Part shown: piece after piece, positions 56,027 through 64,000 of the stretch
How positions within the stretch are numbered: the stretch's first letter is position 1
Layout: every line of letters begins with the position of its first letter
From: Polyangiaceae bacterium
GTDB taxonomy: Bacteria > Myxococcota_A > Polyangia > Polyangiales > Polyangiaceae
Assembly (NCBI GenBank): GCA_965222375.1
Contig: CBDCTZ010000016.1
Span: 2,144,001 to 2,208,000 of the forward strand
Direction of reading: 5' to 3'
DNA length: 64,000 nucleotides
Notes under the pieces: generated by a model
The model's database searches: none
The model's input: the letters and a program-made list of their open reading frames with translations, nothing else
What the model was told of the DNA's origin: nothing
Program-made: the position numbers and the translations under genes

Positions 56027-56335
56027 CTAGGGAAAGGCGTCCAGGAGCTTGCGCGTGGTTTCCAGTAGGCGATCCACCGTCGGCGCGTCAAAGCGAGCCG
56101 GTTCTTGGGTCAAGGCTACGCGCCCAGGGCGCGTCTCCATGATGCCGGTGAAGCCCGAGTTCACTAGGAATTGACGCACCGCTGTGGGCAGCGCGAGGGC
56201 CGCCTCTTGGGGGGAGGGTGCGCGGACGTCGAACTTCGATTCGAACCACTGGTCGCCGAGCACCGGTGCGTCTTTGGGCTTGGCCGTGACAAAAGAGTCC
56301 AGCACCTTCAAGCCTCGCGATAGGCCTTCGCCCAA
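56027..56335 (-). CDS. Hypothetical protein or 3' gene remnant
   Basis: Plausible composition, but the frame is open upstream without a good start codon. Confidence 0.35.
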   Translation of the reverse strand: MGEGLSRGLKVLDSFVTAKPKDAPVLGDQWFESKFDVRAPSPQEAALALPTAVRQFLVNSGFTGIMETRPGRVALTQEPARFDAPTVDRLLETTRKLLDAFP

Positions 56336-56426
56336 GCTGGTCAGCTTCTTTCCAGAGACTCTGCGCTCACGAGGCCATCCTACCTCACTGGCGCAGGCCC
56401 TTGTCGTGCGCGCCGTGCTCGAAAGC

Positions 56427-58289
56427 TCAACCGCGGCGTCGTCGAAGGCCGAGCAGTCCCAGCAGCAAGAGCGCCACCGCGCCTCGGGGGGAGCTTGATG
56501 TCACCCGGCAGCCGCAGCCGCCTTCATCCTCGGAGCCACCCGGCCCAACACTCGCGTTGCCCCCGCCGCCGAAGCCCGAGGTTGCCGCTGAGCCCCCGCC
56601 CGCGGCGGCGCCGCCGCCCGCACCAAATCCAGCGCCTCCCGTCAAACCGCTGCCAGCAAAGCCTGCGCTAGCGCCGTTGCCGGCGCTACCCCCGCTGCCC
56701 GTTGCGCCTCCCGTTCCCCCGCTGCCCGTCAGGCACGGGTTGGCGTTGTCATAATTCCAAGCGTTGGCGATGAACACGGCCGCCTCGCCTCTAGACGCGT
56801 CGTCGTCGGGACAGAACTTGTCCGTGCCGCAGCCGGAGAACACGCACTTGTCTTTGAGGGTCTCGATGTCTTTGTAGAAGGTGTGGTTCTTTGGAGTGTC
56901 GACAGGGAAGCTTGGTGTGGCGGGGTCGAGCAAATTCCAGCCTTGGGCGCGGCGAATGAACGCAGCGAGCTGGCCGCGAGTCACTGGGTCGGCCGGGCAG
57001 AATTTGCCCCCACCGCAACCGCTGGTGATGCCCGCTTTGACCGCTGCTTCGATGAATTTGTAGAAGCTAGACCCCTTGGCGACGTCGCTGAAGGTTGCGG
57101 TCGCCGGCGGGTTCGTCGTGTCGAGACCTGCCGCGCGTACGATGAAGGTCGCGGCCTGCGCGCGGGTCAGCCCGCAGTTGGGACAGAACAAGCTCGGCGT
57201 GGTGGAGCAGCCGTTCGTGATCTTCTGGTTCTTCAGGCTGATCGCGGCGTCAAAAGCGAAGGAACCCTTGGGCATGTCTTTGAAGACTTGAGCCGCCGCG
57301 CCGGGAATCGGTGTTGGGAAGCAGCCGCCAGGCACGAAGCAACTCCCTGGCACCTTGCTTTTCCCACCCGCGGCGGTGGCGTGCACGCCCCAGTGGTTCG
57401 CGACGGCGCGGATCCCGTTGCCGAAGTTGTTTCCACTCGCGTTGTTGACGTAGCTCTGGTTGGCAAACCACATCGCCGTGGAGCCACCACCGTCGATGTT
57501 GAAAGCCTCCCAAGCCCCCAACTTGCCCATCAGTTCCGCGAGCTCCGAGCCGTACATTCCCGCGCTCGAACTCGTCCGCCCGTCCACGGCTACCAAGATG
57601 AAGGTCTTGCGGTCCTTGGTCAGGCCCATCGCGGTCCGGGGGTAGCGCGCTTTGGTCATGTCGCCGCGATCCGGAAAGCAGGTCGAGGCCGTCGGTGAGC
57701 TGCAGGTATAGACTTGGCCTTCAATCACCAGCTCGGGAAAACCGCTGACCAGAGCCAAGGTGCCCTTGGGGATCTCCGTGGTGACTTCGCCGGGCTTGAA
57801 GCCGAACTTGATGTCGAACTTGTTGTTGTCGACGAGCTTGGTGCGCTCCGTGTGGGTGAACTCGACCCAGTCCTTACCGAAGGCGATCCAGCCGTAGCGC
57901 TTGTAGTACCACTTGGTCGGCTGACTATTGCCCGTCTTGGCGAAGGGCCAGGGCACGCCGCCGCCTACCGCATCGCCATACACTTGGGTGCCGGCGAAGA
58001 AGTCGCCGTTTACGGCGAACTGTGCCCCGATGCCGCTGCCCCAAGACCCGGGTGTCTTCACGGAGGTTGCAGGTTTGGTTGCGGCCACGTGGATGTAGTT
58101 GTTGCACAGTGCGATCTTGGCGACGTAGATGCGATTGGTGGGCCCAGATTCCACCCGCTTGATCAGCTCGATTCCAGGGTAGGGGTTGCTCTTGGTCTCC
58201 GACACCAATGTGCCACCATGAGCAGAACTTGAGGCGAAGACACCCGCAACTCCAAAGACACTGGCAACACCAATCACGATCCGGCGCAT
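56427..58289 (-). CDS. Phosphodiester glycosidase (NAGPA-like) with SLH-like repeats and MYXO-CTERM tail
   Basis: AVNGDFF, YPRTAMG, VDGR, NIDGGGST; FxD...GC...FCP...TRAQ repeats (x3); GGCGCRV...LLLLGLLGLRRRRG. Confidence 0.85.
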   Translation of the reverse strand: MRRIVIGVASVFGVAGVFASSSAHGGTLVSETKSNPYPGIELIKRVESGPTNRIYVAKIALCNNYIHVAATKPATSVKTPGSWGSGIGAQFAVNGDFFAGTQVYGDAVGGGVPWPFAKTGNSQPTKWYYKRYGWIAFGKDWVEFTHTERTKLVDNNKFDIKFGFKPGEVTTEIPKGTLALVSGFPELVIEGQVYTCSSPTASTCFPDRGDMTKARYPRTAMGLTKDRKTFILVAVDGRTSSSAGMYGSELAELMGKLGAWEAFNIDGGGSTAMWFANQSYVNNASGNNFGNGIRAVANHWGVHATAAGGKSKVPGSCFVPGGCFPTPIPGAAAQVFKDMPKGSFAFDAAISLKNQKITNGCSTTPSLFCPNCGLTRAQAATFIVRAAGLDTTNPPATATFSDVAKGSSFYKFIEAAVKAGITSGCGGGKFCPADPVTRGQLAAFIRRAQGWNLLDPATPSFPVDTPKNHTFYKDIETLKDKCVFSGCGTDKFCPDDDASRGEAAVFIANAWNYDNANPCLTGSGGTGGATGSGGSAGNGASAGFAGSGLTGGAGFGAGGGAAAGGGSAATSGFGGGGNASVGPGGSEDEGGCGCRVTSSSPRGAVALLLLGLLGLRRRRG

Positions 58290-58461
58290 GAGCAAATTAT
58301 CCCACGGTCCGCGGCGTTGGCCCTGGATTTCGCTGCGCCGGTAGAAAATCAGTGTGAGCGCTCGCTTCAGCATGACGAATTCGCCATCTCGGCTGCGTCT
58401 GCCCCGGGCCTGTGCGTGGTCGTTTGACCCACCGCACGAGAAGCGCTAGCCCCGGCGCCCA

Positions 58462-59694
58462 GTGGCACTGGTCGTTCAGAAATACGGCGGCACATCCGTC
58501 AAGAACCTGGAGCGCATGCGCGCCGTGGCGGAGCGCGCCCTGGCGACCCAAAAGGCGGGTCACCAGGTTGCAGTGATTGTCAGCGCCATGGCAGGTGAGA
58601 CGAACAAACTGCTCAAACTAGCTCACGAGATCTCGCCCACGCCCGACGCGCGAGAGCTGGATGCGCTCGCCTCCACGGGGGAGCAAGTCAGCGCTGCCCT
58701 GGTGTCCATGACGATTCACGCCCTCGGTGGTAGGGCCTGCAGCCTGCTGGGTCACCAGGTGCGCATGCAGACGGACGCGGCCTTCACCAAGGCTCGCATC
58801 CGCACCGTAGAGGGGTCCAAGGTTCGCTCCACGGTCCAAGACGGCTCGATTGCCGTGATCGCTGGCTTCCAGGGCATCGACCCTGAAGGAAACATCACCA
58901 CCCTGGGGCGGGGTGGCTCCGACACCAGCGCGGTGGCCATTGCGGCAGCGATCAAAGCAGACGTTTGCGAAATCTACACCGACGTGGAGGGCGTCTACAC
59001 CACCGACCCGAACGTTTGTCCCCTGGCCAAGAAGATCGAGCGCATCAGTTTCGAAGAAATGCTGGAGCTCGCATCCCTAGGTGCCAAGGTGCTGCAAATT
59101 CGCTCCGTAGAAGTGGGCATGAAATACGGAGTTCCGATCCACGTGCGGAGCTCATACTCGAACAACACAGGTACTATGGTGACAAGTGAAGAGGGCCTGG
59201 AGGCCGTTGTCGTCGCGGGCATCGCCTATGACAAAGGCGAAGCCAAGGTGCAGCTCATCAACGTGCCAGATCGACCCGGCATCGTCGGGAACGTTTTTGG
59301 CACCTTGGCGGATCAGAACGTGTCCGTGGACATGATCATCCAAAGCCCGTCCCGAGAAGGTGGCACCACGACGGATGTGACGTTTACGGTCGCGAAGACG
59401 GATCTGGCTCGTTGCAAGCACCTGATCGAGGAATGCGCACGGGAGATAGGCGGTGCTGCCATCGAATACGATCCCGACATCGTGAAGGTCAGCATCGTGG
59501 GGCTGGGCATGCGTTCTCACGCGGGCGTGGCTTCTCAGATGTTCAAGCTCCTCGCTGACGAGGGCATCAACATTCAAGGCATCACCACCAGCGAGATCAA
59601 GGTTAGCTGCATCATTCACTCGAAGTACACGGAACTGGCGGTGCGAGCACTGCACACCGGTTTCGGGCTAGACGCTGAACCTACGGCAGAGTGA
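58462..59694 (+). CDS. lysC: Aspartate kinase
   Basis: VQKYGGTS, VSAM, TTLGRGGSDTSA, YTDVEGVYTTDP, two ACT domains, TSEIKVS. Confidence 0.96.
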   Translation: MALVVQKYGGTSVKNLERMRAVAERALATQKAGHQVAVIVSAMAGETNKLLKLAHEISPTPDARELDALASTGEQVSAALVSMTIHALGGRACSLLGHQVRMQTDAAFTKARIRTVEGSKVRSTVQDGSIAVIAGFQGIDPEGNITTLGRGGSDTSAVAIAAAIKADVCEIYTDVEGVYTTDPNVCPLAKKIERISFEEMLELASLGAKVLQIRSVEVGMKYGVPIHVRSSYSNNTGTMVTSEEGLEAVVVAGIAYDKGEAKVQLINVPDRPGIVGNVFGTLADQNVSVDMIIQSPSREGGTTTDVTFTVAKTDLARCKHLIEECAREIGGAAIEYDPDIVKVSIVGLGMRSHAGVASQMFKLLADEGINIQGITTSEIKVSCIIHSKYTELAVRALHTGFGLDAEPTAE

Positions 59695-59734
59695 TGAAAA
59701 CCCCTGACAATTTGCGGATACTGGCCGGAGACGC

Positions 59735-59750
59735 TGGCATCCCAGTCGCT
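59735..59750 (+). promoter_or_regulatory. Possible sigma-54 (-24/-12) promoter
   Basis: TGGCAT-CCCAG-TCGCT, GG-N10-GC spacing, 57 nt upstream of ATG 59807. Confidence 0.35.
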
Positions 59751-59806
59751 TTCGACGCAACATTGGCTTTCGTGCTTGGGCCTTGCCCGCGAACTTTGGA
59801 GACCTC

Positions 59807-61159
59807 ATGAAGCTTTCATCCACTCTACGTCTGGGTCTGTACATCGCAGCCGGTTTCGGTGCTGCCCTTGCCTGCCGGGCGGAGGGGTCGAGCGATGGCG
59901 GTGGCACAGGTGGAGCCGGCCAGAGTCAGTGTGATGCATTCCAAGGGTGTTGCGCCGGAGTCGCCGACGCGAACGTTCAGAAGCAGTGCAACGACGCATG
60001 GACCAACGCTCAGAACAGCGCCGACCCGGAGGGCGCCTGCGGTGCGGCCTTGGCTACCTACGTGCAAAGCGGTGTCTGCACGGCACCCGGCACTGGCGGC
60101 ACCGGTGCAGGTGGCGGCGCTGGTGGCACAGGCGCCAGCAGTGGCACGGGCGGCACGACAGGCGACGGTGGTCCCTGCGTGCAGGGGCCCGAGGACACCG
60201 AGGCGGCATGTTCCGACAACTGCGACAACGACGGCAACACCTACACGGACTGCGACGATTTCTCTTGCAGCAAGATCCCCGCCTGTCAGAAGCCCTCGGA
60301 GACTTCGAACGTGGCCTGCTCCGACGGCAAGGACAACGACGGCAACAAGTTCACGGACTGTGACGACAACGCCTGCAAGGAGCGCATCATCTGCAAGGGG
60401 GAGCAGAACAATGCGACCTGCTCGGACGGCAAGGACAACGACGGTGACGGCAAAAAGGACTGCGAAGACACCGGTTGCAACAACGAGGGCATCGTCGTGT
60501 GCAAGGGCGGCGCTCCGGTGAGCCCGCTTCCGGGCGAGAGCGAATGGCCCGGCCTAGTGAAAACCGCCTGCACCAACAAGGCAGACGACGACGGTGACGG
60601 CAAGACCGACTGCGCCGACTTCGGCTGCCGCGACAATTTCGAGGCTGTGGACTGCATGGACTTGCCGCCCGAGTCGGGCAACGCGGCCTGTTCCGACGGC
60701 ATCGACAACGACCAGGACGGCTTCAAGGATTGCGAGGACAATCGCTGCCAGGACGAGGGTGTCGTGGTGTGCAATGGCGCCGTGCCAGCAAGTCCGCTGC
60801 CGCCCCAGGCCCAGTGGGGCAGCCTTTCCAATATGGAGTGCAGCAACAAAACGGATGAAGACGGTGACAAGAACACCGACTGCGACGACTTCGGTTGCAG
60901 TCAGAACCCCGACGTCACGATTTGTCCCCAAGAGAACACGGACGCTCTTTGCTCCGACGGTAAAGACAACGACAACAGTGGCAAGGCGGATTGCGACGAC
61001 TTCTCGTGCAGCAAGAATCCCTTCATCACCGTTTGCGAGACGGGCTTCGCCAAGTGCAGCAATGGCTCGGATGATGACGGCAATGGCTTTGCCGACTGCG
61101 CCGACTTCTCCTGCACGCCGCCGCCGAACTCGAAGACGATCCTCCCGGCCTGCCTCTGA
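59807..61159 (+). CDS. Cys/Asp-rich repeat lipoprotein (putative Ca-binding repeats)
   Basis: GGAG RBS, ALAC lipobox, eight copies of C-x-D/N-x-x-D-[N/D/E]-D-x-x-x-x-x-D-C-x-D. Confidence 0.85.
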   Translation: MKLSSTLRLGLYIAAGFGAALACRAEGSSDGGGTGGAGQSQCDAFQGCCAGVADANVQKQCNDAWTNAQNSADPEGACGAALATYVQSGVCTAPGTGGTGAGGGAGGTGASSGTGGTTGDGGPCVQGPEDTEAACSDNCDNDGNTYTDCDDFSCSKIPACQKPSETSNVACSDGKDNDGNKFTDCDDNACKERIICKGEQNNATCSDGKDNDGDGKKDCEDTGCNNEGIVVCKGGAPVSPLPGESEWPGLVKTACTNKADDDGDGKTDCADFGCRDNFEAVDCMDLPPESGNAACSDGIDNDQDGFKDCEDNRCQDEGVVVCNGAVPASPLPPQAQWGSLSNMECSNKTDEDGDKNTDCDDFGCSQNPDVTICPQENTDALCSDGKDNDNSGKADCDDFSCSKNPFITVCETGFAKCSNGSDDDGNGFADCADFSCTPPPNSKTILPACL

Positions 61160-61184
61160 GGCCCGTGCTGACCGCGCGTGGCCT

Positions 61185-61523
61185 TCAGCGCCTCGCGCGG
61201 CCGCCGGCCTTGATCTGAGCAAGCTCGTACTTGCCCAGCACGTTGCGCACCTGCTGCAGCGTCCCATCGGAAAGCTCGCCGTCCGTGACTTTCACTCGGG
61301 GCATGCGGTCCTCCTGAACCACGCGCACGTTGGCCCGACGGACCTTGGCCCGGCGAAAGACGTCGGACAGCTCGTTGGCCAGACGCTGCGGAAGCCGACC
61401 TCGAACCACATTTGTGCGGCCTTTTCGCACCTGCATCACAAAAAGCTCGTTCGAGCGGTAGATCGACCACGCGAAGGGTATGGCCAGCACCGCGAGGAAC
61501 AGGAGCCCATATAGAACACCCAT
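61185..61523 (-). CDS. DUF3634-like small membrane protein
   Basis: TM then RSNELF..VRKG...VRGRLP...QQVRNVLG. Confidence 0.7.
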   Translation of the reverse strand: MGVLYGLLFLAVLAIPFAWSIYRSNELFVMQVRKGRTNVVRGRLPQRLANELSDVFRRAKVRRANVRVVQEDRMPRVKVTDGELSDGTLQQVRNVLGKYELAQIKAGGRARR

Positions 61524-61575
61524 GGCGCGCAAAAACTTACGCTAGACGCTCCTCGCTCGCTACCATCAAGGGGCG

Positions 61576-62829
61576 TTGACCCGACAGCTGCCCAGTCGCT
61601 TTGGCCGCTACGTGCTCTTCGATCAAATCGGCGAAGGGGGCATGGCACGGATCTACCTAGGCCGTGAGCAAACCGACCTGGGCGCGGAGCGCCGCGTGGT
61701 GGTCAAGCACATCTTGCCGCTCTTTGCAGATAGCACCGAGCTGTCCCAACTCTTGATTGACGAGGCCAAGCTCGCAGCGCGCCTCTCCCACGGCAACGTG
61801 GTGCAGGTCCATGACCTGGGTCGGGAAGAAGACACCCTCTACATCGCCATGGAGTACGTGGAGGGATTCGACCTCTCGGCGCTGCTCAAGACCTGCTCCA
61901 AGCGCAAAGTCCCCCTACCCATCGAGTTCTCCCTGCTCATCGTGACCGAGACCCTGCGCGCCCTGGACTACGCCCATCGCAAGAAAGACGATGAGGGCAA
62001 CCCCCTGGGGCTGGTACATCGAGACGTATCGCCATCCAATGTGCTGGTTGCCTTTGACGGTCAGATCAAGATCTGCGACTTCGGAATCGCCCGGGCCATC
62101 GGGCTGGATGGAACCCTGCCCGACGCGGCCATTCAAGGCAAGGCGGGTTACATGAGCCCGGAAGCGGCGCGGGACGAAACGGTGGACGCGCGCAGCGACC
62201 TCTTTGCGGTGGGAGTGATCCTGTGGGAGTTGCTCGCCGGGCGGCGTTTCTACAAGCGCGAAGGCGGCAAACCTCCGAATCTGGAGCAAGTGAAGAACGT
62301 CGTCGTGACGCCTTTGCCCAGCCGCAACCTGCCCCAAGAAGCTGAGCTGTACGGCATCGTGATGCGGGCTCTGGAGAAGGAGCCCGACAAGCGCTTTGCC
62401 TCCGCGAAGGAGATGCTGCGGGAGCTCGAGACCTACATCGGCAGCAGCGGGCTGTTCGCCAGCTCCCTAAAGCTCGGGCAATGGCTCACCGACAATTTCG
62501 GAGCTGAAATCGTCGAACTACGGCGGGCACGGGAAGCCGCCAGCCACGAAATAGACTCCGGGCCGGCCGCCCCCGACCCCTCGGAGGTCGTGCCCGGCGC
62601 AGAGGCCCTCGAAGCCCCGCAACCCAACGAATCGGCTGCCCCGGGCGTGCCTTCGGCAGCTACTTCCGGGCCGCTGCCGGGCGACGCGCCGCCGACCCCG
62701 CCGGACTGGATGCAGCCACCGCCCGTCGTGCCACCGGTTCAACCCGAGAAGAGCAACGCCAAGCTGATCGGGCTGGTTGTCGGACTCTTCGTGCTGATCG
62801 TCATCCTGCTCCAATTCATGCGTCCTTGA
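61576..62829 (+). CDS. Ser/Thr protein kinase with C-terminal TM
   Basis: GEGGMARI, VVVK, HRDVSPSN, DFGIA, GKAGYMSPE. Confidence 0.95.
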   Translation: MTRQLPSRFGRYVLFDQIGEGGMARIYLGREQTDLGAERRVVVKHILPLFADSTELSQLLIDEAKLAARLSHGNVVQVHDLGREEDTLYIAMEYVEGFDLSALLKTCSKRKVPLPIEFSLLIVTETLRALDYAHRKKDDEGNPLGLVHRDVSPSNVLVAFDGQIKICDFGIARAIGLDGTLPDAAIQGKAGYMSPEAARDETVDARSDLFAVGVILWELLAGRRFYKREGGKPPNLEQVKNVVVTPLPSRNLPQEAELYGIVMRALEKEPDKRFASAKEMLRELETYIGSSGLFASSLKLGQWLTDNFGAEIVELRRAREAASHEIDSGPAAPDPSEVVPGAEALEAPQPNESAAPGVPSAATSGPLPGDAPPTPPDWMQPPPVVPPVQPEKSNAKLIGLVVGLFVLIVILLQFMRP

Positions 62830-62868
62830 CCGCCCACGACCCCGGGCATCAGCGCTATACCCTCGGGC

Positions 62869-64000
62869 ATGCGCCTCGCCCGCGTGGCCGTGCCCGTGCC
62901 CTTGGGGCAGGCGTTCACCTACGAGGTGCCGCCGGAGCTAGCCGATCAAGTTGTTGCTGGCGCCCGCGTCTTGGTGGAGTTTGGCCGCCGGCGCGTATTG
63001 GCGGTGGTGCTGTCGGCGTACGATGGGGAGCCAGACTTCGACGCGAACAAGCTCAAGCCGCTGGTCGCCCTCGTGGACGCCGAGCCCGTCTTTCCCAACG
63101 AACTGTTGGAGTTCTTGGTTCAGCTGGCGCGCTACTACCTTGCGCCCCTGGGTGAAGTGATGCGACTCGCCCTGCCGGCGGTTGAACGCTCCGCTAAGGC
63201 CCGGTTGCTCCAAGAGGGCATTGCTCAAGCACAAGCCCTAGCCACGGTTGGGCGAATGGTGCAGTGGGCAGCTGCGATCGACCCCGCGCCGGATGCTCCA
63301 CTGCCTCGGGGCCAAGCCAAGGAGATCTTGGAGCAGTTGCGCGGCTCGGGGCCGAGTGCCGTCGCGGAACTCGCCAGCCAATGGTCCAATGCGCGCCCCG
63401 CACTCAAGCGCTTGGCGGCAGCCGGCCACGTCTCCCTGGAGCAGCGACCTGCCCAACGGGATCCCTTCTTTTCCCAAGCAGTGCCGACGGACACGGCCCC
63501 GAAGCTCACTGCCGCCCAAGCCGAAGCCCTGGGCCGCGTGAACCAGGCCTTGGGCGAGGGCGGCCCGAAGTCCTTCTTGCTGCAGGGTGTTACGGGATCC
63601 GGCAAGACCGAAGTGTATCTGCGAGCGGTGGGGCAGGTGGCTCGAGAGGGGCGCGGGTCCATCGTGTTAGTGCCGGAAATCGCGCTCACGCCCCAGTTGG
63701 TATCGCGCTTTCGCGCGCGCCTCGGCGACGACATCGCGGTGTTGCACAGTGGGTTGACGGAAAACGAGCGTCATCAAATGTGGCGTGCGCTGCGCAGCGG
63801 CCGGGTGCGCATCGCCATTGGCGCCCGCTCCGCCTTATTCGCTCCCGTGCAGTCTTTGGCGCTGATCTGCGTCGACGAAGAACACGATGGTTCCTTCAAG
63901 CAAGAAGAGGGCGTGCGCTACAACGCTCGCGACATGGCGCTCCTCCGAGCCCATCGTGCCGGCGCGGTGTGTCTGCTGGGCAGCGCGACGCCATCTGTTT
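62869..64000 (+). CDS. priA: Primosomal protein N', runs off the window end
   Basis: Hand-translated: MRLARVAVPVPLGQAFTYEV, LLQGVTGSGKTEVY, VLVPEIALTPQL, GARSALFAP, VDEEHDGSFKQ, LGSATPS. Confidence 0.96.
   Translation, partial: MRLARVAVPVPLGQAFTYEVPPELADQVVAGARVLVEFGRRRVLAVVLSAYDGEPDFDANKLKPLVALVDAEPVFPNELLEFLVQLARYYLAPLGEVMRLALPAVERSAKARLLQEGIAQAQALATVGRMVQWAAAIDPAPDAPLPRGQAKEILEQLRGSGPSAVAELASQWSNARPALKRLAAAGHVSLEQRPAQRDPFFSQAVPTDTAPKLTAAQAEALGRVNQALGEGGPKSFLLQGVTGSGKTEVYLRAVGQVAREGRGSIVLVPEIALTPQLVSRFRARLGDDIAVLHSGLTENERHQMWRALRSGRVRIAIGARSALFAPVQSLALICVDEEHDGSFKQEEGVRYNARDMALLRAHRAGAVCLLGSATPSV

Noticed and set aside
58290..58461. Lysine riboswitch upstream of aspartate kinase
   Set aside because: Short divergent gap with no recognisable L-box features or terminator
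60190..61110. Repeated GACAACGACGG..GACTGCG..GAC units
   Set aside because: Coding Cys/Asp protein repeats
62826..63734. Several short ORFs listed at the window end
   Set aside because: Shadows of priA, which the track omits because it has no stop within the window

Overview
High-GC bacterial DNA, most likely from a myxobacterium of the Polyangiaceae/Sorangiineae type. This is inferred from MYXO-CTERM-like tails, Cys-rich and Gly-linker lipoproteins, three Ser/Thr kinases and an FHA-sigma54 activator. Housekeeping genes sit at the ends (pheT at left; aspartate kinase and partial priA at right). Between them lie: a GldA/F/G-like ABC operon; a putative surface-glycan locus (two paralogous ~930-aa membrane proteins, a Wzx-like flippase, a nicotianamine-synthase-like enzyme, a PP-loop protein, a spermidine-synthase-like membrane protein); a decaying cluster of four pectate-lyase-like beta-helix genes; a roughly mirror-symmetric signalling block with two ATPase/TPR regulators and 'C-x-LLAPD' lipoproteins; and orphan fliO/fliP-like genes. 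The strongest signal is a complete IS110-family (IS1111-type) element. Its ends, core repeat and 3' non-coding bridge/seek-RNA guides can be read from the sequence. One guide matches its own insertion site, and the donor-guide module is tandemly duplicated. No tRNA, rRNA or CRISPR array was seen. All product calls come from motif recognition by eye, without database searches.
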